A DNA stretch of 63,481 bases, the filler included, from Octopus bimaculoides (Eukaryota): assembly GCF_001194135.2 (NCBI RefSeq). It is 5 parts of 5 records of this genome, joined end to end, with 100 filler letters (N's around TTAATTAATTAA, not from the genome) between each part and the next. Parts side by side here need not be neighbours in the genome. Positions count along the whole stretch, not along the records: positions 54,839 to 63,481 come from NC_068981.1; 4 more parts are not named here. The stretch is one strand, 5' to 3'. The position numbers were made by a program, and so were the translations under genes. The notes under the pieces were generated by a model, which was not told the origin of the DNA, did no database searches, and worked only from the letters and a program-made list of their open reading frames with translations. Positions 62,919 through 63,481 of the stretch are shown here, in pieces. The stretch's first letter is position 1. Every line of letters starts with the position of its first letter.

Positions 62919-63195
62919 CTTAACGCCTACGGTTAAACTCACCTACCTTATTTAAGGCAGTGCGTTTGTGGCTTTGAGTTAGTTTAACTCTTATCTTTAG
63001 CGAAAGGAGTGCTAGTCAGTACTCTCTGTCACTTTTGTGACCTCTACTGATTCTGCCTTTAGGTTCTAATTGTTTATAAGCTACCCTTTTTAATTTGTTG
63101 TTTACACATATACCATTTTGGAAATCATCACACGTTTTCAACGGCTTTTCTCATAACACTGACAACGGTAGTTAAGTTTAACTCTAGGAGTTAAG

Positions 63196-63251
63196 AGCTG
63201 CTGATAAGGATTAAGATGGTCTACATCAAAATCCGAAATCCTGATCCGGCT
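63196..63251 (+). ncRNA. Type I hammerhead ribozyme copy 2 (AUC site intact, G8 to A)
   Basis: AGCUG-CUGAUAA-GGAU-uaa-GAUG-gucua-CAUC-aaa-AUCC-GAAA-UC-cu-GA-UC/CGGCU; stems I, II and III all pair. Confidence 0.8.
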
Positions 63252-63447
63252 ATGTACGCTGGGGACTTACCTCCCTTTGTCAGTCACTTAAGAATTAAGT
63301 GGGTTTGTGGCTTTGAGTTAGTTTAAATCCTATCTTTAGTAAAAGCGGTGCTAATCAGTACCCGCTGTCACTTTTGTGACCACTATCCTTGTATATATGC
63401 GTGTGTGTGTACAAATTTATATATGTATGTGTATGTGTGTGTATATA

Positions 63448-63481
<34 letters not shown>

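Larger units (their letters stand above)
62680..63384. mobile_element. Hammerhead-carrying repeat of about 339 bp: inverted copy (62680-62940, -) plus partial tandem (62952-63384, +); retrozyme/PLE-terminal-repeat-like
   Basis: Block A occurs at 62733-62826 (rc), 62952-63045 and about 63288-63384. Block B (ribozyme) occurs at 62827-62940 (rc) and 63172-63287. Block C start cctttag.ttctaattg occurs at 63056 and rc at about 62705. Confidence 0.85.

Overview
Eukaryotic, AT-rich, repeat-dense DNA with many N gaps. The SINE/LINE repertoire looks like a coleoid cephalopod (Octopus-like); this is recognition from memory, not a database result. No intact protein-coding gene can be supported, and most long ORFs in the track are gap or microsatellite artefacts. 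Four identical 100-bp spacers (N44-TTAATTAATTAA-N44) show that the window is five joined scaffold pieces. Supported content: two R4/Dong-like RLE retroelements, CR1, RTE, L1/Tx1 and Neptune-type Penelope remnants, four Tc1/mariner-superfamily transposons, Helentron-type nonautonomous elements, at least three tRNA-type SINE families and very many microsatellites. The best lead is at 62680-63384: a repeat of about 339 bp, arranged as an inverted copy plus a partial tandem. Its two ribozyme copies reconstruct an intact type I hammerhead ribozyme, suggesting a retrozyme-like, possibly circRNA-producing nonautonomous element. Other decayed minimal hammerhead motifs occur at about 14.4, 37.8, 47.4 and 61.0 kb. 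Further leads are a covarying 3' hairpin shared by the CR1 LINE and a SINE, and a CpG-decay footprint in the 26.3-35.4 kb segment.
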